NCBI GenBank assembly: GCA_050183625.1
Contig: JBFXBD010000001.1
Span: forward strand, 4,989-68,988
Reading direction: 5' to 3'
DNA length: 64,000 bases
From: Gammaproteobacteria bacterium
GTDB taxonomy: Bacteria; Pseudomonadota; Gammaproteobacteria; JADZEE01
Shown: in pieces, positions 18,267-28,705 of the stretch
Position numbering within the stretch: position 1 is the stretch's first letter
Layout of the letters: every line of letters begins with the position of its first letter
The notes under the pieces: model-generated
Databases searched by the model: none
Told to the model about the DNA's origin: nothing
The model's input: the letters and a program-made list of their open reading frames with translations, nothing else
Translations under genes and position numbers: made by a program

Positions 18267-18345
18267 GGGGGTGCGGCGGGAAATTGCGGGTGCGCGGCGG
18301 CGGAGATATGCTCGGCGGCTCCATCCGCCACCACAGGAGGCCGCC

Positions 18346-18915
18346 ATGCCGCGCGTTCGAATCCCTGAGGGCCGGGACCCCGGCCAGCACGTCTGGGAAC
18401 ACCTGGCCACCGGCATCACGTCCAGTGCACGCGCCTTCTCCGCGAGCGTGTACGCGAACACGCGGTTGTCGCTGCGGGAGATGGAAGCCGCCCGCTATCG
18501 CATCGCGCTCCTGAACGGTTGTCAGGCCTGCCGCAACTGGCGCTCGGCGCGCGACAACCCGGGCTATGTCTCCCACGCCGGCGTGGACGCATCGCGTGCC
18601 AATTTCCGCGGCACCGACACGGTGCCGGAGGGCTTCTACGCCGCCGTCGAGCACTGGCGCGGCGCAACCCTGTTCAGCGAGCGCGAGCGGCTCGCAATCG
18701 AGTTCGCCGAGCGCTTCGCCACCGACCACCTGTCGTTCGACACCGCCGAGGACTTCTGGGCCAGCCTGCACCGCCACTTCAGCGACGACGAGCTCGTGGA
18801 CCTGGGGCTGTCGGTCGGCTCCTGGGTCGCGTTCGGGCGCTTCACCCGGGTGTTCGACATCGACGGCGCCTGCCGCGTGGACTTCGAGCCGCCCGCCGCC
18901 GCGGTCGGCATGTAG
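18346..18915 (+). CDS. AhpD/CMD-like protein with a CxxC motif
   Basis: LSLREMEAARYRIALLNGCQAC, FSERERLAIEFAE and HFSDDELVDL; AGGAGG Shine-Dalgarno. Confidence 0.85.
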   Translation: MPRVRIPEGRDPGQHVWEHLATGITSSARAFSASVYANTRLSLREMEAARYRIALLNGCQACRNWRSARDNPGYVSHAGVDASRANFRGTDTVPEGFYAAVEHWRGATLFSERERLAIEFAERFATDHLSFDTAEDFWASLHRHFSDDELVDLGLSVGSWVAFGRFTRVFDIDGACRVDFEPPAAAVGM

Positions 18916-18951
18916 CCGCCCTCACCGCACCCAGCCGAGGACCTTGCCCCG

Positions 18952-20157
18952 ATGCACCTGAAGTTCGATCCGCAACTGGAACAATTCCGCCAGGAGGTAC
19001 GCGCCTTCGTCCGCGAGCACCTGCCCGCAGAGTTCGCGCAACGCGCACGCCGGGTCTCGTTCGCCGGCACTGAGGACGATTCGCTGGAATGGCTGCGGAT
19101 CCTGGACCGCAAGGGCTGGGGCGTGCCGCACTGGCCGATCGAGCTCGGCGGCACCGGCTGGAGCCCGCTGCAACTGCACGTGTTCCACGACGAGCTCGCC
19201 CGCGCCGACGCGCCCGAGCTGCCGATGAGCAACCTGCACATGGTCGGGCCGGTGGTGTACACCTTCGGCACCGCCGAGCAGAAGGAGCGCTTCCTGCCGG
19301 CGATGCGCCGCGGCGACTACTTCTGGGCGCAGGGCTTCTCCGAGCCGGGCTCGGGCTCGGACCTCGTCTCCCTGCGCACCACCGCCACCCGCGATGGCGA
19401 CGACTACATCGTTCGCGGCCAGAAGATCTGGACCAGCGGCGCGCACCGCGCCAAGTGGGTCTTCATGCTGGTCAAGACCGACACCCAGGTGAAGCCGCAG
19501 CTCGGCATCTCGTTCCTGCTGGTGGATCTTTCCTCGCCCGGGATCACGGTCCGCCCCATCCAACAGATCAACGGCGAGGTGCACCTGTGCGAGGTGTTCT
19601 TCGACGACGTGCGCGTGCCCGCGAACAACCTCGTCGGCGAGCCGGGCAAGGGCTGGAGCTACGCCAAGTTCCTACTCGACCACGAGCGCACCGCGAGTTC
19701 GTTCATCTACTGGAACAAGGCCCAGTTGCGCAAGCTCAAGGCCATCGCGCGCGCCGAGATCCGCGCCGGCCGGCCGCTCATCGAGGACCGCGCCTTCCGC
19801 GCGCGCATCACCGAGATGGAAGCGCGGGTCCAGGGGCTGGATTGGTCGGTGCTGCGCATGCTGGCCGGCGAACGCTCCGACTACAACGAGACCGCGCGCG
19901 CCTCGGCGCTGAAGATCCGCGGCTCGGAGCTGCAGCAGGAGATCACCGAGCTGCAGCTCCAGGCGCTGGGGCACAAGGCCCTGCGCTACATGCCGATCGA
20001 CGACATCTTCGCCGCGCCGGAAACCGACGCCGGCTTCTGGCCCGGCTACTCGCTCGGGTGCGCCAACGTCGGCCTCATGATGCGCGCCTCGACCATCTAC
20101 GGCGGCACCAAGCAGGTACAGAAGAACATCCTCGCCAAGCTGGCGTTCGGCCTCTGA
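18952..20157 (+). CDS. Acyl-CoA dehydrogenase (large subunit type)
   Basis: WAQGFSEPGSGSDL, GQKIWTS, EVFFDDVRVP and TIYGGT. Confidence 0.93.
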   Translation: MHLKFDPQLEQFRQEVRAFVREHLPAEFAQRARRVSFAGTEDDSLEWLRILDRKGWGVPHWPIELGGTGWSPLQLHVFHDELARADAPELPMSNLHMVGPVVYTFGTAEQKERFLPAMRRGDYFWAQGFSEPGSGSDLVSLRTTATRDGDDYIVRGQKIWTSGAHRAKWVFMLVKTDTQVKPQLGISFLLVDLSSPGITVRPIQQINGEVHLCEVFFDDVRVPANNLVGEPGKGWSYAKFLLDHERTASSFIYWNKAQLRKLKAIARAEIRAGRPLIEDRAFRARITEMEARVQGLDWSVLRMLAGERSDYNETARASALKIRGSELQQEITELQLQALGHKALRYMPIDDIFAAPETDAGFWPGYSLGCANVGLMMRASTIYGGTKQVQKNILAKLAFGL

Positions 20158-20183
20158 GCCGCGCCGCACCGGACCGGACATCC

Positions 20184-21317
20184 ATGGACTTCAATCTCTC
20201 CGATGAACAGGCGATGCTGCGCGACAGCGCGCGGCGCTTCGTCGAATCCAGCTACTCCGCCGAGCAGCACCGCCACCTCACTCAATCCGCCGATGGCTAC
20301 AGCCCGGAGCACTGGGCGCAGTTCGCCGAGCTGGGCTGGCTGGCGCTGCCGCTGCCCGAGGCGGTTTCCGGCTATGCGTTCTCGTTCGCGGACGTGGCGC
20401 TGCTGATGGAGGAGATCGGCCGCGGCCTGGTGATGGAACCGTTCCTGACCACGGCCGTGCTGTGCGCGCGTGTCGTCGAGCGCAGCGGCCACGCCGGACG
20501 CGATGCGCTGCTGGGCGAGATCGCCGAAGGCGGGCGGAAGCTCGCGCTGGCCTACAGCGAGGGCGTCGCAGCGTTCGATGCCGCCGCCCTGCCGGCGACG
20601 ACGGCGCGCCGCGACGGCGACGGGTTCGTCCTCGTCGGCGACAAGACGCTGGTGTTCGATGCGCCGTCCGCGGACGCATTGATCGTGACGGCGGCGCTGG
20701 ACGGCAGCCTCGCACTGTTCCTGGCGGGCGCGAACCTGCCCGGGGTTTCGATGCAGCGCTACGCCCTGCACGACGGCACGCGCGCCGCGGACGTCCGCTT
20801 CGACGGCGTGCGCCTGCCCGCCGATGCGTTGCTTGCGCAGGGTGCTGCGGCCGTAGACGTCCTGGAGGAAGCCCTGGATCGCGCCACCCTGGCACGGCTG
20901 GCCGAGGCGGTGGGCGCGATGGAAGCCTGCCTGCAGGTGACCAGCGCCTACATCAAGGAACGCCGCCAGTTCGGCCAGCCGATCGGCAAGTTCCAGGCGC
21001 TGCAGCACATCATGTCGGACATGTTCGTGGACACGCAGGAATCGCGCTCGATGCTGTTCCACGGCATCGCGCACATCGACGATCCCGATCCGGCGGTGCG
21101 CAAGCGCGCGGTGTCGCTGGCCAAGTTCGCCATCGGCCGCGCCGGGCACGCGGTGGCAGCCGGCGGGATCCAGCTCCACGGCGGCTATGGCGTCACCGAC
21201 GAATACGTGATCAGCCGCTACTTCCGGCGCCTGATGGCCATCGAGAAGGCCTTCGGCGACACCGCCGACCACGGGCGCCGCTACGAGCAGTTGACCGACG
21301 CATTCGAACAGGCCTGA
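20184..21317 (+). CDS. Acyl-CoA dehydrogenase (small subunit type; probably heteromeric with the upstream gene)
   Basis: MDFNLSDEQAML, RRQFGQPIGKFQALQH and IQLHGGYGVTDE. Confidence 0.92.
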   Translation: MDFNLSDEQAMLRDSARRFVESSYSAEQHRHLTQSADGYSPEHWAQFAELGWLALPLPEAVSGYAFSFADVALLMEEIGRGLVMEPFLTTAVLCARVVERSGHAGRDALLGEIAEGGRKLALAYSEGVAAFDAAALPATTARRDGDGFVLVGDKTLVFDAPSADALIVTAALDGSLALFLAGANLPGVSMQRYALHDGTRAADVRFDGVRLPADALLAQGAAAVDVLEEALDRATLARLAEAVGAMEACLQVTSAYIKERRQFGQPIGKFQALQHIMSDMFVDTQESRSMLFHGIAHIDDPDPAVRKRAVSLAKFAIGRAGHAVAAGGIQLHGGYGVTDEYVISRYFRRLMAIEKAFGDTADHGRRYEQLTDAFEQA

Positions 21318-21337
21318 TCCGGGGACGCACCCGCGCG

Positions 21338-22609
21338 TCAGTCCGACACGCGGGCGATGTCCGCGGCGATGGTGCGCGCGGCGAGCAGGTAGTGCGCCGC
21401 GCCCCAGAGCGCGAACAGCAGCGACGCCAGGAGCGAATAGCGCAGGCCGTCGTCGCCGAAGCGCGCGCCGAGCAGGTCGCTTCCCAGGCCGACCAGCGGC
21501 GGGCCCACCCCCAGGCCGATGACGCTGACCATCAGCAGCGTGAATGCCGATACGAAGGCGCGCATCCGCAGCCCGACCAGCAACTGCGCCGCGACGTTGG
21601 TCGGTGCGACGAACACGAACAGGGTGAATTTCAGCACGAAGATCCCGGCGATGGCCGGCCCGAGCGAAGGCGCCAGGAACGCCGAAGCCGAAACCGGCAC
21701 TCCGATCAGCAGCAGCCATCCTGGCGTGAGCACCCAGCCGCGCGGATCGCGCTGCGCGGCGCGCTGCGCCCAGGCGCCCCCGCACAGCCCGCCGAGGGTC
21801 GAGCCGGCCAGCACCAGCACCGACAGCAGCCGCCCGGTCTCGGTCAGCCCCAGGCCGTGCACCCGATGCACGAACGACGGCAGCCACAGGCTCACGCCGT
21901 TGCTGGCGATCGATACCAGCGCGATCGCCAGCACGAGGTGGCGGTAGGTCCTGCACTCCCACAGCAGGCGCAGCGCCTGGGACATGGGCGGCGGATGCGC
22001 CGCGGCCTGGCGCCCTTCCGCCATTCCGCGCGGCGGCTCGCGCAGGGTCGCGAACACCAGCAGCGCGAGCAGCAGGCCGGGCAGCCCGACGAAGATCAGC
22101 GTCCGACGCCAGCCGACCGAATCCGCCAGCCAGCCGCCGACGAGCAGCGCGAGCGAAACGCCGAATACCGGCCCGAGCTGGTAGATCGCGAGCGCGGTGG
22201 CACGCCGGCGCGGCGGATACAGGTCGCCGATCAGCGAGTGCGACGGCGGCGTGCAGCCGGCCTCGCCGATCGCGACGCCGATGCGGGCGCACAGCAGTTG
22301 CCAGTAGCTGGCGGCGATGCCCCCGGCAGCCGACATCAGGCTCCACACGGCGATTGCCAGGCCGATGATCCGCACGCGCTGGCCGCCGTCGGCCCAACGC
22401 GCGATCGGCAGCCCGGCCACGCTGTAGAAGATCGCGAACGTCGGCCCGGTCAGGATGCCGAGCTGCCAGTCCGCCAGGCCGAACTCGCGCTTGATGTCCG
22501 GCAACAGCACTGCGAGTACGTAGCGGTCGATGAAGTTGAGCGTGCAGGCGGCCAGCAGTACGCCCAGGATGTAGTGGCGATAACCCGCCGGGAACAGGGT
22601 CGCGGTCAA
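21338..22609 (-). CDS. MFS transporter (spinster-like)
   Basis: NFIDRYVL, GLPIARWAD, ARIGVAIGEAGCTPPSHSLIGDLYP; about 12 hydrophobic segments; TTG start with GAGGT Shine-Dalgarno is inferred. Confidence 0.9.
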   Translation of the reverse strand: MTATLFPAGYRHYILGVLLAACTLNFIDRYVLAVLLPDIKREFGLADWQLGILTGPTFAIFYSVAGLPIARWADGGQRVRIIGLAIAVWSLMSAAGGIAASYWQLLCARIGVAIGEAGCTPPSHSLIGDLYPPRRRATALAIYQLGPVFGVSLALLVGGWLADSVGWRRTLIFVGLPGLLLALLVFATLREPPRGMAEGRQAAAHPPPMSQALRLLWECRTYRHLVLAIALVSIASNGVSLWLPSFVHRVHGLGLTETGRLLSVLVLAGSTLGGLCGGAWAQRAAQRDPRGWVLTPGWLLLIGVPVSASAFLAPSLGPAIAGIFVLKFTLFVFVAPTNVAAQLLVGLRMRAFVSAFTLLMVSVIGLGVGPPLVGLGSDLLGARFGDDGLRYSLLASLLFALWGAAHYLLAARTIAADIARVSD

Positions 22610-22821
22610 ACGATGTACCTCGATCGGCGACCGGGCAGCCGGATGCCGACGTTCCAATGTCCGTGGCCGAGCCGGAGCGCGGGCGCCAGGGCGCGCCGGC
22701 CAGCCTACACGGATCGGGCTCGCGGTGCGCGCATGGCATTCGCGGCGCGCGTTGCTTAGGATGCGGGCAACGGTCCGCGCTGCGAACGGCGGTCCGCGCA
22801 TTCCACATCCGGCTGGAAACC

Positions 22822-24471
22822 ATGGCCGCGGCGCCGATGAACGAACACTGGGACTACGTCATCGTCGGCGCCGGCTCGGCGGGCTGCGTGCTCGCCAACC
22901 GCCTGTCCGCGGATCCGGGCACGCGCGTGCTGCTCGTGGAGGCGGGCGGCGAGGACCGCCACCCGGCCATCCCGATCCCCATGGGGATCGGCAGGACCCT
23001 GCTCGATCCGGACCTGTGCTGGTACTACCAGACCGAGCCGGACGATGGCAACGCCGGCGAGCCGCGGATCTGGATGCGCGGCCGCGTGCTCGGCGGCTCG
23101 TCGAGCATCAATGGCATGATGTACTGCCGCGGCCAGCCCGAGGACTACGACGGCTGGGTTGCGCGCGGCGCGCGCGGCTGGGGCTGGGAGGCGATGTCGC
23201 GCGCGTTTCGCGCCATCGAGGATCACGAACTGGGCGATGACGGCGTGCGCGGCGCGGGCGGGCCGCTGCACGTCTCGGTGCGCTCGCCGCGCACGCCGCT
23301 GACCGAGGCGGTCCTGGACGCCGCGCAGGATCTCGGCCTGCGCCGGCGCGAGGACGTGAACCGCCCGGACCAGGAGGGCATCGGCTACACCCCGCGCACG
23401 ATCAGGAACGGCCGGCGCGTCAGCGCCGCCGATGCGTTCCTGGCGCCGGCCCGCGCGCGCCCGAACCTGCGCGTGGTCACCCGCACCGAGGTGCAGCGCC
23501 TGCTGTTCGACGGCGCGCGTGCGATCGGCATCGCCGGCCGCGGCCCCGGCGGCGAGGTCGAGTTCCGCGGCCGGGAAATCATCGTGAGCTGCGGCACGAT
23601 CAACACGCCCAAGCTGCTTATGCTCTCGGGCATCGGTGCGGGCGCCGCGTTGCACGAACTCGGGATCCCGGTGCGCGCCGACCTGCCGGGCGTCGGCCGC
23701 AACCTGCGCGAGCACAAGACCATCTCGATGCAGTTGCGGCTGGCGCGCGATCTGAGCCTGAACCGCCAGTTCTCGGGCTGGCGCCTGGGCCTGAACCTGC
23801 TGCGCTACGCGCTGACGCGCGCCGGCCCGCTCGCCTCCACCTACGACATCAACGGCTTCCTGCGCACGCAGCCGGGCCTGTCGCAGCCCGACGCCCAGCT
23901 CACGATCTGGACGCTGTCGTTCGACAAGCGCGCCGACACCTTCGGGCTGGAGTCGTTTCCGGGCCTGATGGCGATGGGTTATCCGCTGCGCACCCAGAGC
24001 GAGGGCGGGATCCGCCTGCGCTCGCCGGATCCGGCCGCCGCGCCGATCATCCAGACCCGCTTCCTGGAGGCTGAACACGACCGGCGCGTGACCATCGGCC
24101 TGTTCCGCTTCATGCGCCGGCTGTTCGCGCATCCGCGCGTGGCCGGGTTCGTCGCCGCCGAGACGCACCCGGGCGCGGAAATCGACAGCGACGCGGCGAT
24201 CCTCGACGCCGCGCGCCGCGACCAGACCTGCCAGCACGCCGTCGGCACCTGCCGCATGGGCGAGGATGCGCTCGCCGTGCTCGACGCGCGGCTGCGGGTG
24301 CGCGGCATCCAGGGCCTGCGGGTGATGGATCTCTCCGCCATGCCGACGCAGGTGTCCGGCAACACCAACGGCCCCGTCATGGCCATGGCCTGGCGCGCCG
24401 CCGATCTCATCCTAGAAGACACCCCCCCCCTGAAAAAGGGGACATTCATCATTTTCGCACCCGCCGCGTGA
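22822..24471 (+). CDS. GMC family oxidoreductase (choline/alcohol dehydrogenase-like)
   Basis: DYVIVGAGSAGCVLANRLS, GRVLGGSSSINGM, HAVGTCRMG and GNTN. Confidence 0.93.
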   Translation: MAAAPMNEHWDYVIVGAGSAGCVLANRLSADPGTRVLLVEAGGEDRHPAIPIPMGIGRTLLDPDLCWYYQTEPDDGNAGEPRIWMRGRVLGGSSSINGMMYCRGQPEDYDGWVARGARGWGWEAMSRAFRAIEDHELGDDGVRGAGGPLHVSVRSPRTPLTEAVLDAAQDLGLRRREDVNRPDQEGIGYTPRTIRNGRRVSAADAFLAPARARPNLRVVTRTEVQRLLFDGARAIGIAGRGPGGEVEFRGREIIVSCGTINTPKLLMLSGIGAGAALHELGIPVRADLPGVGRNLREHKTISMQLRLARDLSLNRQFSGWRLGLNLLRYALTRAGPLASTYDINGFLRTQPGLSQPDAQLTIWTLSFDKRADTFGLESFPGLMAMGYPLRTQSEGGIRLRSPDPAAAPIIQTRFLEAEHDRRVTIGLFRFMRRLFAHPRVAGFVAAETHPGAEIDSDAAILDAARRDQTCQHAVGTCRMGEDALAVLDARLRVRGIQGLRVMDLSAMPTQVSGNTNGPVMAMAWRAADLILEDTPPLKKGTFIIFAPAA

Positions 24472-24494
24472 AAATGGGGACATTCATCATTTTC
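24432..24494 (-). repeat. Repeat family A, tandem pair in reverse orientation
   Basis: GAAAAAGGGGACATTCATCATTTTC (24432-24456) and GAAAATGGGGACATTCATCATTTTC (24470-24494), period 38 bp; overlaps the GMC 3' end. Confidence 0.9.
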
Positions 24495-24532
24495 GCACTC
24501 GCGGCACGCGCGGCGGCATGCGCACCCGTTGC

Positions 24533-25423
24533 TCAAGCGGGGGACGCGAACGGCGAGGCGACGGCGAACTCGGGCGGCATGTCGCGCGTGCTATAGCGCA
24601 GCAGCAGGCGTCGCTGGCCTGCCTCGTCGGTGTAGGGCACCGGCGTCGCGCTGTGCAGCGTCGACAGATCGTCCCAGATCAGGATGTCCCCCGCGGATGC
24701 CTTGACGGAGAGCACGAACCGCGACTGCAGTGCATGCAGCTTCAGCTCGCGCAGCAGCGCGAGCCCGTCGTCGTCGGCAAGGCCGACGATGCCCACCGCC
24801 GACCCGGCGACTGCGTACAAGGCCCGGCGCCCGGTGACCGGATGCCTGAGCACCAGCGGATGCACCGGCGAATCGTCCAGCTTCTTGCGCCGCACCTCGT
24901 CCAGGTCCGCGCCTCGGCGCGACGACTCGGACGCCATCCGCTCGCCGCCGAACAACAGGTGCCGCACCTGCAGGCCGTCGATGCGCTCGCGCATGGCGGC
25001 GGGCAGCGCGTCGTAGGCAGCGGCCATGTCCGCGAACAGGGTCTCGCCGCCGCTGTCCGGCGCCTCGACGCCGTAGAGCATGGTGACGCAGGCCGGCTGC
25101 GGCTCGTAGGACGAATCGGTGTGCCAGTGCGCCGCGGCCTCGCGCCGCGCCTCGGGCATGTCCGGGCGGTTGTCGACCCGGATCAGCTCGGGCTGGTCCG
25201 GATCCAGCGACGAAGCGAGATAGAAGCGGATCGGCGCGCCCCAACGCCGGCCGAACGCGGCGAATTCCGCCTTGGCCAGCGACTGGCCGCGGATGAGCAG
25301 CACGCGATGCGCGTAGAGCAGTTCCGGCAGGCGTGTGAACGCATCGCCCTCGCAGTCGCGGCGCACGTCCAGGCCGAGGATCTCCAATCCGAAATTCGCC
25401 CCCAGCGCGCGTTGCTCGAACAT
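24533..25423 (-). CDS. TauD/TfdA Fe(II)/2-oxoglutarate dioxygenase
   Basis: WHTDSSY (HxD), GGETLFAD, HPLVLRHPVTGRRALY and WDDLSTLHSA. Confidence 0.92.
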   Translation of the reverse strand: MFEQRALGANFGLEILGLDVRRDCEGDAFTRLPELLYAHRVLLIRGQSLAKAEFAAFGRRWGAPIRFYLASSLDPDQPELIRVDNRPDMPEARREAAAHWHTDSSYEPQPACVTMLYGVEAPDSGGETLFADMAAAYDALPAAMRERIDGLQVRHLLFGGERMASESSRRGADLDEVRRKKLDDSPVHPLVLRHPVTGRRALYAVAGSAVGIVGLADDDGLALLRELKLHALQSRFVLSVKASAGDILIWDDLSTLHSATPVPYTDEAGQRRLLLRYSTRDMPPEFAVASPFASPA

Positions 25424-25619
25424 GCCATTGCACCTGCGTGTGAATTCGAGGGGTTCAGTTTACCCGCTCCGGGCGAACGAACGAGCGAACCCGGATGCCC
25501 GGCGGATACGCTGCGCCTGCGCGCCCCGGTCGCGCGGCTGCCGGGCACGGCGAAGCTCGATGGCGCCGGCCCGTTTGGGCGTAGAATCCCCGGACCGTTC
25601 ATCCGCCCGGGAGCCTGCC

Positions 25620-26030
25620 ATGCCGTCGATACTCGAGGACAAGGACGCCATCCGCGATCTGTTCGCGCGCTACTGCTTCTACACCGACAGCGGGCAGTTC
25701 GAGAAGTACGTCGCGCTGTTCACCGAGGACTGCGACTGGGACGGCGGGTCGTTCGGCCGTTGCCAGGGCCGCGAGGCACTGCTGGCGTACCTGAAGGCCG
25801 GCGGCGACGCCTCGAAGAACCTGCGCCACAGCACCACCAACATGGTGATCGAGGTGCAGGGCGACTCGGCCACCGCCACGAGCTACGTCCAGGTCTTGGG
25901 CGTGGAGGGGCAGGCGCCGGTCATCTTCTTCGCCGGCATCTACCTCGACCGGCTGGTGCGCCGCGACGGCCGCTGGCTGTTCGCGCAGCGCCGGATCCGC
26001 ACCGACTTCGCCGACGCACTGCCTGCATGA
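25620..26030 (+). CDS. SnoaL/NTF2-like family protein
   Basis: EDKDAIRDLFARYC, LFTED, RH.TTN and Y.DRLVRRDGRWLFAQR. Confidence 0.88.
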   Translation: MPSILEDKDAIRDLFARYCFYTDSGQFEKYVALFTEDCDWDGGSFGRCQGREALLAYLKAGGDASKNLRHSTTNMVIEVQGDSATATSYVQVLGVEGQAPVIFFAGIYLDRLVRRDGRWLFAQRRIRTDFADALPA

Positions 26031-26650
26031 GCGTAGCCGGATCGGCGGCGCCGCAGTCACCGCACGCCACACGCAGCGACGACACGCACGCCGCGCTGCT
26101 GGTCATGGACGTGCAGGTGGCGACGGTGCAGGCGCACGCCGATCCCGGCTACACCACGCGCTTGCGCCGGGCGATCGATGCCGCGCGCGCCGCGCGGCTG
26201 CCGATCATCTTCGTGAAGGCCGAGTTCCGTCCGGGATACCCGGAGGTCAGCGCCCGCAGCCGGGTGTACACGGCGATCGCCGCCGCAGGCGGTCTGGCGC
26301 CGGGCGATCCGGGCCTGCCCTTCCATCCCGGCACGGCACCGGGACCGAACGACATCGTCGTCACCAAGCGCAGGACCAGCGCGTTCTCCGGCAGCGATCT
26401 CGAAGTCCTGCTGCGCTCGCTGCGGATCGACACGCTGGTGCTGGCCGGGCTGCGTACCAGCGGCGTCGTCGAGGCGACCCTGCGCGAGGCCGTGGACCGC
26501 GACTATTCGGTCGTCGTACTCGCCGACGGCTGCGGCGACGCGGATCCCGAACTGCAGCGCGTGCTGCTGGAGAAAATCTGCGCGCGCTATGGAGACGTGC
26601 TCTCGATCGACGACTGGATCGGCCGCCTGCCGCAGCCGACCGCACGCTGA
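26027..26650 (+). CDS. Isochorismatase-family hydrolase
   Basis: ALLVMDVQ, VVTKRRTSAFSGSDL and GLRTSGVVEATLREAVDRDY; ATGA overlap with the upstream gene. Confidence 0.9.
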   Translation: MSVAGSAAPQSPHATRSDDTHAALLVMDVQVATVQAHADPGYTTRLRRAIDAARAARLPIIFVKAEFRPGYPEVSARSRVYTAIAAAGGLAPGDPGLPFHPGTAPGPNDIVVTKRRTSAFSGSDLEVLLRSLRIDTLVLAGLRTSGVVEATLREAVDRDYSVVVLADGCGDADPELQRVLLEKICARYGDVLSIDDWIGRLPQPTAR

Positions 26651-26668
26651 ACCCTGAGGAAACCGTTC

Positions 26669-27529
26669 ATGTCCGAAACCGCCAAGCCGAGCCGCACCGC
26701 GCTCATGTCCGGCGCCACGCGCGCCGCGCACCTGCTGTGGGACGAGGCGCCGCACGTGCTGATCGATCCGTTCACCATGCTGGTGCTGCCGGCCGAGTCG
26801 CGCGAGGTGCTGCTCAAGGCGCACCGCAACGGCGGGGAGTTCTATCCCGCGCTGCGCTCGTCGGTGATCTGGCGCGCGCGCACCACCGAGGACGCGCTGG
26901 AGGCGGCAATGCGGCGCGGCGTGCGGCAGTACTGCATCCTGGGCGCCGGCTTCGATTCCTTCGCCTGGCGCCGCGCCGACCTGCTCCCGGATCTCAAGGT
27001 CTTCGAGGTCGATCACCCCGACACCCAGGCCTGGAAGCGCGAATGCCTGCGCAACATGATGGTGAAGTCCCCCGACGGGCTGCACTTCGTGCCGGCGGAT
27101 CTGTCCTCGGTGTCGCTGCGCGACGCGCTCGCCGGCAGCGCCTGGGACTTCTCCAGGCCCGGGTTCTTCTGCTGGACCGGCGTGACGATGTACCTGCAGC
27201 CGGAGGCGGTGGACGCCTCGCTGCGCGCCGTGGCGTCGCTCGCGCCCGGCACCGGCATCTCCTTCACCTACCTGGTGCACGAGCACCTGCTCGGCGACGC
27301 CGACCGCCGGATGCTGAACATCATCCGCACCGCGTCCTCCAAGGTGGGCGAGCTGTATCACAGCTACTACTCGCCGGAGGAAATCGAGGCGGTCGCGCGT
27401 GCGGCCGGGTTCGACGCGGTCGAGCACCACACGCCGCGGACCTCGCCGCATTTCCGCAACCGGCGCGACGGCCTGATGCCGCACAGCGCCGAACTGCTCG
27501 TGGTCGCCACCGTATCCGCGGCCGCCTGA
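26669..27529 (+). CDS. SAM-dependent methyltransferase (leucine carboxyl methyltransferase-like)
   Basis: SRTA...RAAH, QYCILGAGFDSFAWR, VFEVDHPDTQAWK and GVTMYL. Confidence 0.9.
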   Translation: MSETAKPSRTALMSGATRAAHLLWDEAPHVLIDPFTMLVLPAESREVLLKAHRNGGEFYPALRSSVIWRARTTEDALEAAMRRGVRQYCILGAGFDSFAWRRADLLPDLKVFEVDHPDTQAWKRECLRNMMVKSPDGLHFVPADLSSVSLRDALAGSAWDFSRPGFFCWTGVTMYLQPEAVDASLRAVASLAPGTGISFTYLVHEHLLGDADRRMLNIIRTASSKVGELYHSYYSPEEIEAVARAAGFDAVEHHTPRTSPHFRNRRDGLMPHSAELLVVATVSAAA

Positions 27530-27594
27530 ACGAGCGGCCGCGTCGCGACGCGCGCCTGCGCCGCCCGCTCGCCCTCGGCGGCGCGGTGGAGGCG

Positions 27595-28677
27595 CTACTG
27601 GATCGCGTCCAGCCCGTACAGCTTCGCGGCGGTGCCGCCGAGGATCGCCTTGCGCTCCTCGGCGGTCACGCCGGTGTCGGCAAACACCGCCTCGATCGCG
27701 CGCCGCGAGTGCGGGAACGTACCCTCGGTATGCGGGTAGTCCGATGCCCACAGCAGCGGTGCGACGCCGGTGACGCGGCGGGCGAAAATCGCCGCGCGAT
27801 CGTGCGAGAAGGTCGCATGCACGTTGCGGCGCACGTACTGGCTCGGCAGCATCGACAGCTTCGGGTCCATGTACATCTGCTGCCGCTCGGCGCACTCGTC
27901 CATGCGCTCGCACAGCGGCGCCAGCCACGACACCCCGCCCTCCACGATCACCACGTTCAGGCTCGGGTTGCGCTCGAAGGCCCCGCTGCACACCAGGTAG
28001 GTGACGAAGTCCATCGCCTCGGTCATGAGCACGGTGTAGTTGATCACCGCGCCGCCGCGGCCGCGCTCGCGGATCGGGTGCAGGCCGGTGGCGACGTGGA
28101 AGGAGATCGGCACCTTCTCGCCGGCGGCCATTTCCCACAGCGGGTCGTAGAGCGGATCGTTGTACTTCAGGTCGTTCTTGACGTCGATCGGCATCATCAC
28201 CGAGCGATAGCCGAGCCCGAGCACGCGCTCGAACTCGGCAAGCGCCTCGCCGACGTCGCGCACCGGCAGCATCGCGGTCGGCACGAAGCGGCCCGGGTAG
28301 GCGCCGAACGCCTCGATCAGCCAGTCGTTGTAGGTGCGTATCGACTCGCGGGAAAGCTCCGGATCCTCGATGAAGTAGATCATCATGCCGGCGTTCGGAT
28401 ACAGGATCTCGGCGCTGATGCCGTCGTCGGTCATGTCCTTGATGCGCAGCTTCGGGTCGCCGCCGCCCATGCGCACGCGGGTCTCGATCCGGGCGGCGTT
28501 CTCATCGCCCAGGCGCAGGCGGTGCATCACCTTGCCGTCGGCGATGATCGCCATGTAGCGGTCCTCCAGCCGCTCGGTGCGCAGCGCGCGCGGGCGCAGC
28601 TTTTCCGGCAGGCGCTCGGCCCACAGGGCCTTGGGCTCGACGACGTGGGAATCCATGCTGAAGACGAAATCGCTCAT
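27595..28677 (-). CDS. Amidohydrolase-2 family protein
   Basis: DSHVVEP, YNDWL, SFHVATG, VEGGVSW and WASDYPHTEGTFP. Confidence 0.9.
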   Translation of the reverse strand: MSDFVFSMDSHVVEPKALWAERLPEKLRPRALRTERLEDRYMAIIADGKVMHRLRLGDENAARIETRVRMGGGDPKLRIKDMTDDGISAEILYPNAGMMIYFIEDPELSRESIRTYNDWLIEAFGAYPGRFVPTAMLPVRDVGEALAEFERVLGLGYRSVMMPIDVKNDLKYNDPLYDPLWEMAAGEKVPISFHVATGLHPIRERGRGGAVINYTVLMTEAMDFVTYLVCSGAFERNPSLNVVIVEGGVSWLAPLCERMDECAERQQMYMDPKLSMLPSQYVRRNVHATFSHDRAAIFARRVTGVAPLLWASDYPHTEGTFPHSRRAIEAVFADTGVTAEERKAILGGTAAKLYGLDAIQ

Positions 28678-28705
28678 CGCGGCTCTCCTCGGGCACTTGC
28701 GTGCC

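Noticed and set aside
19089-21317. Long N-terminal extensions on real genes (also 34173-36608, 49054-51174, 51175-53364, 16047-18167, 24518-26650) as fusions or programmed frameshifts
   Set aside because: The extensions are off-frame or antisense readings of neighbouring genes, and each real gene has a clear internal start and family-typical N-terminus.
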